Assembly (NCBI GenBank): GCA_964490325.1
Contig: CAZBBX010000002.1
Location: 253 to 64,252, forward strand
Length of the DNA: 64,000 nucleotides
Source: an uncultured Oscillospiraceae bacterium
GTDB lineage: Bacteria; Bacillota; Clostridia; Christensenellales; CAG-138
Reading direction: 5' to 3'
Below, in pieces: positions 51,752-60,226 of the stretch; the stretch's first letter is position 1, and every line of letters begins with the position of its first letter. Under the pieces are notes generated by a model. That model saw only the letters and a program-made list of their open reading frames with translations, did not search any database and was not told where the DNA came from. A program made the translations under genes and the position numbers.

Positions 51752-53389
51752 CTAATGTGCGGGCAGCTCCTTTTTATGATGCTCGTCGCGGATGGCGGCC
51801 TGCGCGATGTTGAGCGCATGGTCGGATACGCGCTCCAGATCGGTGAGGATCTCCACGTACATCATGCCGACCTCCGCCTTACACAGTCCCTGCTCCAGGC
51901 GCTTGATATGCTCGTTCTCCAAGCGTTCGACCGTCACATCGACCTCCTCCTCCCGATCCTCGATGTCCTTGAGGGGATGATCTATGGGACTTGTCATGGT
52001 CGCATACGCGTCGCGCACGATACCGCAGACCTTTTCAAACAGCTGCGTCAGTTCGCTTGCGGCGATCTCGGAAAAGTTCAGATCCGCCTCGCGGCAATGC
52101 TCGATGTAGCCCGCAATGTTGTCCGCATGGTCGCCGATGCGTTCAAAGTCCACGATGACGTGGTGCATCTGATCGATGAGCCTTGCATCCCCCGCGCCAA
52201 GGCCGCTGGAGTTGATCTCCACCAAGGCCACGGTGATCTCGCGATTCAAATAGTTGATGGTCTCCTCATCGCGCCGCAAGCGCTCGATGTCGCCCTTCTC
52301 CGGGTGGAACATCGCCTTCCATGCGCCCTCCAAGTTGGACTGCGCCAGCTCGTACATGCGCTTGACCTCCGCCTGCACCTGCGCGATGGCGATGGAGCTC
52401 ATGCCGAAATCCACCTTGTTGATGTGCAGCAGCCGCTGCCCCGACAGCTCGTCCTCGCCGGGAATGAGCAGCTTGGTCAGCTTGATGATGAGCGATGCGC
52501 AGGGGAATTGGATGATGGTAGCCGCCACCTTGAGCAGCGTGTTGGCGTCCGCGATCTGCCGTACGGGATCGTCGGGATGCAGGGAGATGATCCAGTCCAC
52601 GCAGGGCAGCAGCGAACAGAGCGCCACGCAGATAAGCGAGGCGAACACGTTAAACAGTACATGGAACAGCGCCGTGCGCTTGGCCTGCTTGGTGCCGCCC
52701 ACCGCAGCGGTCACGGCGGCGACCGTACAGCCGATGTTCTGTCCGCAGATGATATAGATCGCCTGATGCAGACCGATGACCCCCGCCCCCGCCATAGCCT
52801 GCAGAATGCCCACGGAAGCGGAGACAGACTGGAAGATGAGCGTAAAGAGCGTGCCCGCAAGGATGCCCAAGAAGGGATTCTCCATGCCCGCCATCAGGTC
52901 GATGAACCATTGCTCCCGAGCAAGCGGCTGCATGTTGTCCGTCATCAGCCCCATGCCCATGAACAGTACGCCCAAGCCCACGATGGTCTGTGCAAAGCTG
53001 ACCATGCGGTTCTTCTTGGAAAACATCAGCAACGCCACGCCCACAAAGGTGATGATGGGCGCGATGCTGTCGATCTTGAACGCGATGAGCTGTCCTGTGA
53101 TGGTGGTGCCGATGTTCGCGCCCATGATGACCCCTACGGCATTGCCAAGATCCATCAGCCCCGCGTTGACAAAGCCCACCGTCATGGCGGAGGTCGCGTT
53201 GGAGCTTTGGATGATCGCCGTGATGCCGACGCCTACGAGCAGACCCAAAAAGCGGTTGCGCGTCAGCTTTTCCAAGATGGACTTGAGCTTGGAACCGGCC
53301 ATGCGCTCGATCCCGTCCCCCATGATCCGTATGCCGTATATGAACAGGGCAAGCCCGCCCGCAATGCCGATCCAGTTGCTTACTTCCAT
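51752..53389 (-). CDS. Na/Pi cotransporter family protein with C-terminal PhoU-like domains
   Basis: AAGGAG lies 5 nt before the ATG at 53389. MEVSNWIGIAGGLALFIYGIRIMGDGIE..QSSNATSAMTVGF..QSVSASVGILQA. C-terminal repeats end in ERIGDHADNIA and ERVSDHALNIA. Confidence 0.85.
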   Translation of the reverse strand: MEVSNWIGIAGGLALFIYGIRIMGDGIERMAGSKLKSILEKLTRNRFLGLLVGVGITAIIQSSNATSAMTVGFVNAGLMDLGNAVGVIMGANIGTTITGQLIAFKIDSIAPIITFVGVALLMFSKKNRMVSFAQTIVGLGVLFMGMGLMTDNMQPLAREQWFIDLMAGMENPFLGILAGTLFTLIFQSVSASVGILQAMAGAGVIGLHQAIYIICGQNIGCTVAAVTAAVGGTKQAKRTALFHVLFNVFASLICVALCSLLPCVDWIISLHPDDPVRQIADANTLLKVAATIIQFPCASLIIKLTKLLIPGEDELSGQRLLHINKVDFGMSSIAIAQVQAEVKRMYELAQSNLEGAWKAMFHPEKGDIERLRRDEETINYLNREITVALVEINSSGLGAGDARLIDQMHHVIVDFERIGDHADNIAGYIEHCREADLNFSEIAASELTQLFEKVCGIVRDAYATMTSPIDHPLKDIEDREEEVDVTVERLENEHIKRLEQGLCKAEVGMMYVEILTDLERVSDHALNIAQAAIRDEHHKKELPAH

Positions 53390-53558
53390 GCCTTCTCCTT
53401 TGTGATCCTTCGACATTGTACCGCATCCTTGGATCGTTCACAAGGTTTTTACGAAAATTATTTGCGCTAACGTTTGCGTACAAAATGCGGATTCTTCACG
53501 CTTTTCAACCGGATTTAGGCAAAGTGTGTTATACTCTGTGTATGGAGAGGAGCTTGCT

Positions 53559-54479
53559 ATGAACATCGATCGGATCGCCAAGCTTATGTGCCTGTCTGCC
53601 GCGCTGCTGCTGCCCCTGCTTGGCTGCGGTGGCGGGGATACTGCGCCGTCGCCCTCCCCCGCCGCTTCCAAGGATGACGGGGGGAAGGCGGTCGTGACAG
53701 CTTTGCCCACGCCTACGCCCACGGCAGAGCCGCTGTACGGCGAGCCGAACGATTCGGGCGACATCACCATCAGCAGCGAGATCCTCCGTGAGCTGACGCC
53801 TCTGACCCTGACCCTGACAACAGAGGATGTGATCCTCATTTATCACACCCATGCACGCGAGGCCTATCGGCAGGACGAAACGTACAGCTACACGGAGACC
53901 GAGGAAGGCTCCTACCGCACCACGGAGTACGACAAAAGCGTGGTCGCCGCGGGCGATGCGCTTACGGAAGCGCTGACAAACCTTGGCTACACGGTGATCC
54001 ACGATCCCACGGATGTGGAGGAGCCGGAGCTGCGCTCCGCCTATTCGCGCTCCCTTGTTGTGATGGAAAGTCACCCCGAAGCGACGGTCTTTATCGATCT
54101 GCACCGCAATGCAGCTCGTGTGCCGCAAAAGAACGACGATGTGGTCATCCTAAACAGCGAACGCTGCGCCAAGCTGTTCTTTGTGGTCGGCACAGGCATA
54201 GGTACCTATTTTGGAGAATACGACAAAGCGCCCGCTTGGTGGGATAACTACCGCGTGGCGCTGGCTTTGACAGAAAAGCTGCAGACATACGACCCCGACT
54301 TGGCGCTGCCCATTCGCACCAAGGCGGGACGCTACAACCAGCAGCTTGGTAAGCTCTGTCTGCTTATTGAATTGGGGCACAATGCCAACACGTTTTCCGA
54401 CGTGCTGCACAGCATCCCGTGGCTTGTAAAGGCCTTTACCGCCGTGCTGCCCTTGGACGGCGAAGCGGAATTGAGCTGA
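53559..54479 (+). CDS. spoIIP: Stage II sporulation protein P
   Basis: MNIDRIAKLMCLSAALLLPLLGCGGG. ILIYHTHAREAY..VIHDPTD..FIDLHRNA..IELGHNANT is the SpoIIP amidase/endopeptidase family pattern. Confidence 0.8.
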   Translation: MNIDRIAKLMCLSAALLLPLLGCGGGDTAPSPSPAASKDDGGKAVVTALPTPTPTAEPLYGEPNDSGDITISSEILRELTPLTLTLTTEDVILIYHTHAREAYRQDETYSYTETEEGSYRTTEYDKSVVAAGDALTEALTNLGYTVIHDPTDVEEPELRSAYSRSLVVMESHPEATVFIDLHRNAARVPQKNDDVVILNSERCAKLFFVVGTGIGTYFGEYDKAPAWWDNYRVALALTEKLQTYDPDLALPIRTKAGRYNQQLGKLCLLIELGHNANTFSDVLHSIPWLVKAFTAVLPLDGEAELS

Positions 54480-54482
54480 CGG

Positions 54483-54746
54483 CTACTCTAACAGCTCTAA
54501 CTTTTCAAGCTGTGCAAGGAAGTCGTCGATGTCCTTGGAGGCGGTCTCTTTGTTCACATCGTACTCGCCCAGTACCGTTTCGAGCAGCTTCTCCTTACTC
54601 GTATCCGTCTCCAGCAGCTCCCACAGCCGCTCCCCCACGCCCTCCAGCGTGATCATACCGTTGAAATCCAAGGCTGCTTCCTTGGTGGAAAGCACAACGC
54701 TTTCGTCTCCAACCTTGCGCTTGACAAGACCCTTCTTCAGCTTCAT
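54483..54746 (-). CDS. PqqD-family protein (RiPP-recognition-element-like small chaperone)
   Basis: 87 aa: MKLKKGLVKRKVGDESVVLSTKEAALDFNGMITLEGVGERLWELLETDTSKEKLLETVLGEYDVNKETASKDIDDFLAQLEKLELLE. The pattern (beta strands, then a three-helix bundle, ending in D..F...L....L) is typical of PqqD. The ATG overlaps the upstream stop (ATGA). Confidence 0.7.
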   Translation of the reverse strand: MKLKKGLVKRKVGDESVVLSTKEAALDFNGMITLEGVGERLWELLETDTSKEKLLETVLGEYDVNKETASKDIDDFLAQLEKLELLE

Positions 54747-55465
54747 GGCGTACTTCCTTTCGTAAGAGCAGCGTAGCTCAGCTCCGCCGCCTCTCGTGAG
54801 ATATTGCATTTGAGCAGATAGGCGGGCACCGTGCGGATCAGCCCGTCTATCAGATCCAGTAAACTTACCACGCTCTCGCGTTCCTTGGGGATGAGCAGCT
54901 GTTGGAACAGCAGCCCCACCGCCTCGCTGCAGCTCAGCCTGCGGATGGAGTTCTTCTCCGCCTGCTCCAAAAAGCACAGTCCCTTGAGCGGGACACGCGT
55001 ATTTTGCTGCAAGCCCTCCTTGCCCGCCCAAGGCGTGCCATAGGCGTAGAACAGGGTTTGACCGTCCATCGTGCGCTCCCTGCGCACGATGGGCTTGTCC
55101 CCGTTGACGACCTGCACTGCATTTGGAAAGCTGTCCAGCCAAAGCTGCATATGCGTGGACTTGCCCGTGCCGCTCCTTCCCAGGAAGGCATAGCCGCTGC
55201 CGTCCGACTCCACGACAGCCGCGTGCAGCAGAAAGGCGTCAAAGTGCGCCAGTGACAGGCACAGGCGACGATAGAGGCAAACGGACTCGCAGTAGGCTTT
55301 TGAAAAGCCGCCCAAGCTCAGCTCGCGGTCGATCTCCTCCTGCGTGACGGAAACTTCCAGATCCGCCTGCTGCGCATCGCAAAGGTAGGGAGCGCAGAGC
55401 TTGTCCGTGTAGGAATAGCGATTGTTCAGTTGGATCGCAAGATCAGCTATGCGGCACAGCGGCAT
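54743..55465 (-). CDS. HPr-kinase-like P-loop protein (HprK-related kinase family, tentative)
   Basis: LLHAAVVESDGSGYAFLGRSGTGKSTHMQLW..VVNGDKPIVRR..YAYGTPWAGKEG is an HprK C-domain-like Walker A context. GGAGG lies 5 nt before the ATG at 55465. The gene overlaps the dapB 3' end by 23 nt. Confidence 0.55.
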   Translation of the reverse strand: MPLCRIADLAIQLNNRYSYTDKLCAPYLCDAQQADLEVSVTQEEIDRELSLGGFSKAYCESVCLYRRLCLSLAHFDAFLLHAAVVESDGSGYAFLGRSGTGKSTHMQLWLDSFPNAVQVVNGDKPIVRRERTMDGQTLFYAYGTPWAGKEGLQQNTRVPLKGLCFLEQAEKNSIRRLSCSEAVGLLFQQLLIPKERESVVSLLDLIDGLIRTVPAYLLKCNISREAAELSYAALTKGSTP

Positions 55466-56240
55466 CGGCTCCTCCGTTCGCGCAGGCATTGATTAGATCC
55501 TGCATCCCGTACAGCCCTGCCTCCTTGTCCGCAAGGAACACCGCAGCCCGCAGCGCTCCTGTTGCAAACACCCGTCTTGAAAAGGCTTGGTGCTTGATGA
55601 CGACGGCCTCGTCCTCGCCCATGAACCAGACCTCATGCTCGCCCGTCATGGTGCCGCCGCGCAGGGAATGGATGCCGATCTCGTCATGGCTGCGGCGCTT
55701 TGCCGCGTCCTGCCTGCCGCAGACATAGGTCTGCTCCCGATCGGTGCAGGACGCCACGGCGTCCGCCAGCATCAATGCGGTGCCGCTGGGGGCGTCAAGC
55801 TTGCGGTTGTGGTGCATCTCAACGATCTCCACGTCAAAATCGTCGCCCAAGAAGCGCTTGGCCTGCTTGACAAGCTCCACAAGCAGGTTCACGCCCAAGG
55901 ACATGTTGCGGGAACGAAAGACGGGGATGCGCTTTGCCGCTTCGTCAATGGCAAGGAGCAAGTCCTCGCCAAGACCCGTGGTGGCAATGACAAGGGGCTT
56001 GTCGTGTTCGACGCAGAACTTTAGGATGCGCTCGGTCGCCGCGGGAACGGAGAAGTCCACCACCACGTCAAACGGCACGTCCACCGCCTCCGCCTTCGTC
56101 CAAACGCGATAGGGCTCGCTGCGCTGCATAAGATCCACGCCGCCTGCAATGTCCGTACCACAGTCGCGGCTTTCGACAGCGCGCAGCAGCGCCTGCCCCA
56201 TCTGTCCCTCTATGCCGTTGATGAGAATTTTTGGACGCAT
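55443..56240 (-). CDS. dapB: 4-hydroxy-tetrahydrodipicolinate reductase
   Basis: MRPKILINGIEGQMGQ..VVDFSVPAA..VIATTG..NMSLGVNL..DVEIVEMHHNRKLDAPSGTA..IHSLRGG. Confidence 0.9.
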   Translation of the reverse strand: MRPKILINGIEGQMGQALLRAVESRDCGTDIAGGVDLMQRSEPYRVWTKAEAVDVPFDVVVDFSVPAATERILKFCVEHDKPLVIATTGLGEDLLLAIDEAAKRIPVFRSRNMSLGVNLLVELVKQAKRFLGDDFDVEIVEMHHNRKLDAPSGTALMLADAVASCTDREQTYVCGRQDAAKRRSHDEIGIHSLRGGTMTGEHEVWFMGEDEAVVIKHQAFSRRVFATGALRAAVFLADKEAGLYGMQDLINACANGGADAAVPHS

Positions 56241-56247
56241 GTGCGCC

Positions 56248-57126
56248 TCACAGCATACCATGCTCATGCAGCACGCGCTGCATCATGGCATAGTTCTCAC
56301 GGGAGGGCGGTACCAGCGGCAGCCGCAGCTCGTCGCTGCAAAGCTTGAGCATCCCGCACATGGCCTTGATGGGGATGGGGTTGACCTCACAGAAGGCGGC
56401 CTTCCAGAAGGGGAGGGCTCGGAATTGGAGGTTCCTTGCCTCCGCGATGTTTCCGTCAAAGAACGCCTTGCACAGGCCGTGCATCAGCTCGGGAACGATG
56501 TTGGCGACGGTAGAGATGACGCCCTTGCCGCCGATGCTCAAAATGGGCAGGACATGGTCGTCGTTGCCTGCGTAGATCTCGCATTTGGGACAGAGCGCGG
56601 CAAGGTTGACGATCTGCTCGATGTTGCCGCTGGCCTCCTTGACGCCCACGATGTTGTCATGTTCGTCCATCATGCGGCGCAGGGTCTCGGGCAGGATGTT
56701 CAGCCCCGTGCGCGAGGGCACGTTGTAGGCGATGATGGGCAGGCGCACCTGCTCGGCAATGGCGCCGTAATGCGCCACCAGTCCCGCCTGCGTGGTCTTG
56801 TTGTAGTAGGGCGTGACGACGAGCAGCGCGTCCGCGCCGATGGCCTCGGCGGTACGGCTCAGTTCGATGACCTGCTCGGTGTTGTTGCCGCCTGTGGATG
56901 CAATGACGGGCTTGCGCCCATCGACCCGCTCGACGACATGCTGAATGACCTTGACCTTCTCCTCCGCCGAAAGCGTGCTGCCCTCTCCCGTGGTCGCCAC
57001 GGGCACGATGGCGTCCGTACCTGCCGCAAGCTGCAGCTCGATCAAACGCGTCAGGGCTACATAATCCACCTCACCGTCGCGGAACGGGGTTATCAGCGCG
57101 ACGGCGGAACCCGAAAATACGCTCAT
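56248..57126 (-). CDS. dapA: 4-hydroxy-tetrahydrodipicolinate synthase
   Basis: MSVFSGSAVALITPF..TTGEGSTLS..VVTPYYNK..YNVPSRTG..GVKEASGN. The ATG overlaps the asd stop. Confidence 0.92.
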   Translation of the reverse strand: MSVFSGSAVALITPFRDGEVDYVALTRLIELQLAAGTDAIVPVATTGEGSTLSAEEKVKVIQHVVERVDGRKPVIASTGGNNTEQVIELSRTAEAIGADALLVVTPYYNKTTQAGLVAHYGAIAEQVRLPIIAYNVPSRTGLNILPETLRRMMDEHDNIVGVKEASGNIEQIVNLAALCPKCEIYAGNDDHVLPILSIGGKGVISTVANIVPELMHGLCKAFFDGNIAEARNLQFRALPFWKAAFCEVNPIPIKAMCGMLKLCSDELRLPLVPPSRENYAMMQRVLHEHGML

Positions 57127-58133
57127 GCTTTCTCCTCCCAATAGTGGAACAGGGTCTCCATGATCTGCACCGCGTTCGTTGCGGCGCCCTTACGGATGTT
57201 GTCGGATACGCACCAAATGTTCAGGCCGTTCTCCACGGAAAAATCACGCCGCACGCGGCCGACGTAGACGGCGTCCGTGCCCGCTGCCGTCAGCGGCATG
57301 GGGTAAAGCTCGTGCTTGGGATCGTCCGCAAGGATCATGCCGGGCTTGCCCGTCAGTACGGCGCGCACCTCGTCCATGTCGAACGGACGCTTGAGTTCGA
57401 TGTTGATGCTCTCGCTGTGACCGTAGTAGACGGGAACGCGCACCGCCGTGGCCGTCACGCGAAGCGTTGGAAGGCCCAAGATCTTGCGCGATTCGTCCAC
57501 CATCTTCTGCTCCTCCTTGGTGTAACCGTTGTCGAGGAACACATCGATGTGCGGCAGGCAGTTGCCTGCGATGGGATAGGGAAATTTCTTGGGCGGGGCG
57601 CCCTTGACGCCCTGCGCCAGATCCTCATAGCCCTGCTTGCCCGCCCCCGATACCGCCTGATAGGTGGAATAGATCACGCGCTCCAGCCCGAACGCGTCGG
57701 ACAGCGCCTTGAGGGGCAGCATGGCTTGGATGGTGGAGCAGTTTGGGTTTGCAATGATGTTCTTTTTTTGATACAGCAAGACATCCTGCGGGTTCACCTC
57801 AGGTACGACAAGGGGAACGTCGGGGTCCATGCGCCAGCAGCTTGAATTGTCGATGACCACCGTTCCCGCCTCGGCAGCAAGCGGTGCAAAGTGCTTTGAC
57901 GTATCGCCGCCTGCCGAAAAAAGCGCCACATCAAAGCTGCGGCCGCGGAAGGAGTCGTCCGTCAGTTCCTCCACGGTATAGTCCGCGTCCATGAAGTTCT
58001 GCTTGCTCCCCGCGCTGCGCGCCGAAGCGAACAGCGTATAGTCCGCGTCGATCCCTCTCTCCGCAAGCACCTGACGGAACATGCGTCCGACCATGCCTGT
58101 TGCGCCCACGATCGCTATTCGATACCGTTTCAT
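57123..58133 (-). CDS. asd: Aspartate-semialdehyde dehydrogenase
   Basis: MKRYRIAIVGATGMVGR..NPNCSTIQ (active-site Cys)..STYQAVSGAG..RVPV..GHS. The 83 upstream codons in the ORF track are promoter and leader. Confidence 0.92.
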   Translation of the reverse strand: MKRYRIAIVGATGMVGRMFRQVLAERGIDADYTLFASARSAGSKQNFMDADYTVEELTDDSFRGRSFDVALFSAGGDTSKHFAPLAAEAGTVVIDNSSCWRMDPDVPLVVPEVNPQDVLLYQKKNIIANPNCSTIQAMLPLKALSDAFGLERVIYSTYQAVSGAGKQGYEDLAQGVKGAPPKKFPYPIAGNCLPHIDVFLDNGYTKEEQKMVDESRKILGLPTLRVTATAVRVPVYYGHSESINIELKRPFDMDEVRAVLTGKPGMILADDPKHELYPMPLTAAGTDAVYVGRVRRDFSVENGLNIWCVSDNIRKGAATNAVQIMETLFHYWEEKA

Positions 58134-58241
58134 TGTCTTCGCCCCCTTGGTGCGCGCTGCGATCTCCCTTTGTTTTGCGGTGTTCCGAGCGGGCAAAAGC
58201 CCTGCCTTTTCGGTTGAATCGAAGCGCTTCCTTTTTCTCTG

Positions 58242-58270
58242 TATTGTAATGAAATACGCTGTGTTTGTCA
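58242..58270 (-). promoter_or_regulatory. Sigma-A promoter of the asd-dapA-dapB operon
   Basis: Minus strand TTGACA (58265-58270), 17 nt, TACAAT (58242-58247). This leaves a leader of about 100 nt. Confidence 0.6.
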
Positions 58271-58272
58271 AA

Positions 58273-59124
58273 TCATTCGTCGTTTTCTTCGTCTTTTTTT
58301 GTTTGGGTTTTGTCCTGCTTCCGTCCGCGCTTGTCCCCCTGCGCCGCAAGCCATGCCTTGAGCTGACGGAAGGCGTCCTCATGCCGCGTTGCGCTCAGGT
58401 CGGGGAACGCGGCAAGGTAGCGCTTGTACTCCTTTGCAAGCCGTTTCATCAGAGCCTCGCGGCGGCGGATGAGCGCCTCCGTCTTCTGCTCCGCGTCCGC
58501 CTTGACCGACTGCCCCGCCTTCTTGATGCGGATAGCGCCCTTGGCAACGCCCTCGCCGATGCCGTCCGAGGGTACGCGCAGCAGCGCCGCAAGCCTGTCG
58601 ATCTCGGCAAGGCGGCGGTCTAAGCCCGCGGTCTTTAGGATGGTCAAGATGAGGTCGGCAAGGAATGTGACGGCAAAGACGATCAGCAGGATCGTGCCCA
58701 CCGTGTGCGGAATCCAATCGATGAAGCTTTGGATGAGGGGATGGATGACGTCCACCACCAGTACGCAGGCAACGCCCCACAGCAGGGAGAATTGTAGGCA
58801 GACATAGCCGCCGATGTTCAGCGGCATCTTGGAATAGTCCCACCAGCGATGGTGAAAGGCCTTTTCCATCACAAAGCCCGTCACAAGCTCCACCACCGTG
58901 GTCAGCAGCACGGAGCCGACATACAGCAGCAGCAGGTTGTCCTTGACGGGGCCAAGCAGCAGTACGACCAAGAGGATGCCAACGCCGTAGATGGGGCAAA
59001 CGGGGCCGTTGAGAAAACCTCTGTTGACAAAGCGACCCTTGTTGACCGCGGCAAAAACGACCTCGGTACACCAGCCCAAGAACGCATAGATCGCTGCGAT
59101 CCAGCCCATTTCATAGATGCTCAT
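58273..59124 (-). CDS. DUF1113-type membrane protein (putative ABC-transporter type IV family) with C-terminal coiled-coil
   Basis: MSIYEMGWIAAIYAFLGWCTEVVFAAVNKGRFVNRGFLNGPVCPIYGVG. GGAGG lies before the ATG at 59124. Confidence 0.65.
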   Translation of the reverse strand: MSIYEMGWIAAIYAFLGWCTEVVFAAVNKGRFVNRGFLNGPVCPIYGVGILLVVLLLGPVKDNLLLLYVGSVLLTTVVELVTGFVMEKAFHHRWWDYSKMPLNIGGYVCLQFSLLWGVACVLVVDVIHPLIQSFIDWIPHTVGTILLIVFAVTFLADLILTILKTAGLDRRLAEIDRLAALLRVPSDGIGEGVAKGAIRIKKAGQSVKADAEQKTEALIRRREALMKRLAKEYKRYLAAFPDLSATRHEDAFRQLKAWLAAQGDKRGRKQDKTQTKKDEENDE

Positions 59125-59227
59125 TGCCTGCCTCCGTTCCTTAACGAGTATAGCATATTGCGTCCGCCGCGTAAAGGATGACGAACAAATGCTTGACGGT
59201 TCGCGGCGATGCGCGTAATATATAGAT

Positions 59228-60226
59228 ATGGAAAAAAAGTTAGAGGATACAGCGAGGGTCGCTCCGTCGGAGACGATCGCGGCGGGCAAAAAGCCGCAGG
59301 GAGGCAGCCTTCTCTATTACGCCTTGGCGCTTGCCGCAGCCGCAGCAGCGCCCTTCTTTCCCCTGCTTCTTTGTATCGCGCCGGCGCTGATCGTATATGT
59401 CGCTTGGCGCAATAAGCCCTATATCCTCGGTGCCTGCACGCTCGTCTCCTTGGCCGCCTGCTATCTTGCCGCAGGCAGCGTTGTGGGTGCGCTGTTGAAC
59501 GCGGCGCTCATACTGCCCGCCTTTTTGCTTCCCTACCTGCTGATACGACTGCGCTACTCCAACTTTGAGTTAGTGTTCTACTGTGCACTGGTCGGCGCGA
59601 TCGGCCTGTTTCTTGTGTGCTGCGTACCCTCGCTGCTTTCGGGCGGCTCCGCCTTTGCCTTCTTCGACACCTTCTTGGATGAGTACGGCACGCTTGTGGC
59701 AAGCATGGAAACGCTGTTGACGAGCATGGGCTACGGCGAACTACTGACAAGCTTCAACGAGACCTTGGAGCTGCTGCGCATGAACGCGGCGGAGATCTGC
59801 GTATCCGCGTTCTTTTTTATAGGCGCCATCGCCTCGCTTGCAAACCGCCTGCTTATTGCCGCCTTTGACCGCCGCACCCGCCTTGTGCCGCTCCGTCTGC
59901 CGCCTTTTGGCAAATGGCAGGTCAAGAGAAGTTATGTATACGTCATGCTGGGGCTTTGCATTTTGGGCTTTATTCTGGGCTACGCCAACGTCTCCTACGG
60001 GACGGTGCTGGCGGCGCTTGCCTCGTCCATGTTCATGCTGTCCATGTCCCTGATGGGGCTGTGCGCACTCTATGACATGACGAAAAAGGGGCATCGCGGC
60101 GTCTTTATAGGCGCCTGTATCCTCACCCCGCTGCTGTTCCCCTACAGTCTGTATGTGCTGGTGTTTCTGTCCATGGTCGCCACCCTGCGCAGCCAGCGCC
60201 AAGCATCGAAGGGAGGCGAACAATGA
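59228..60226 (+). CDS. yybS: YybS-family (DUF2232) membrane protein
   Basis: Polytopic membrane ORF immediately upstream of, and overlapping, gdpP, as in the Bacillus yybS-yybT-rplI-dnaC order. Confidence 0.7.
   Translation: MEKKLEDTARVAPSETIAAGKKPQGGSLLYYALALAAAAAAPFFPLLLCIAPALIVYVAWRNKPYILGACTLVSLAACYLAAGSVVGALLNAALILPAFLLPYLLIRLRYSNFELVFYCALVGAIGLFLVCCVPSLLSGGSAFAFFDTFLDEYGTLVASMETLLTSMGYGELLTSFNETLELLRMNAAEICVSAFFFIGAIASLANRLLIAAFDRRTRLVPLRLPPFGKWQVKRSYVYVMLGLCILGFILGYANVSYGTVLAALASSMFMLSMSLMGLCALYDMTKKGHRGVFIGACILTPLLFPYSLYVLVFLSMVATLRSQRQASKGGEQ

Noticed and set aside
51755-53470. 571-aa plus-strand ORF opposite the Na/Pi cotransporter gene.
   Set aside because: The minus strand encodes a convincing transporter plus PhoU-like protein. 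The plus-strand product is Arg/His/Asp/Gly-rich noise.
58134-58382. 83-codon N-terminal extension of asd, and the idea that the ~100-nt asd leader is a lysine (L-box) riboswitch.
   Set aside because: The extension overlaps the 3' end of the upstream gene and a TTGACA-17-TACAAT promoter. The leader is too short for an L-box (about 170-180 nt) and I could not find its conserved helices. Only a weak GGGC-TTTT-GCCC hairpin is present.
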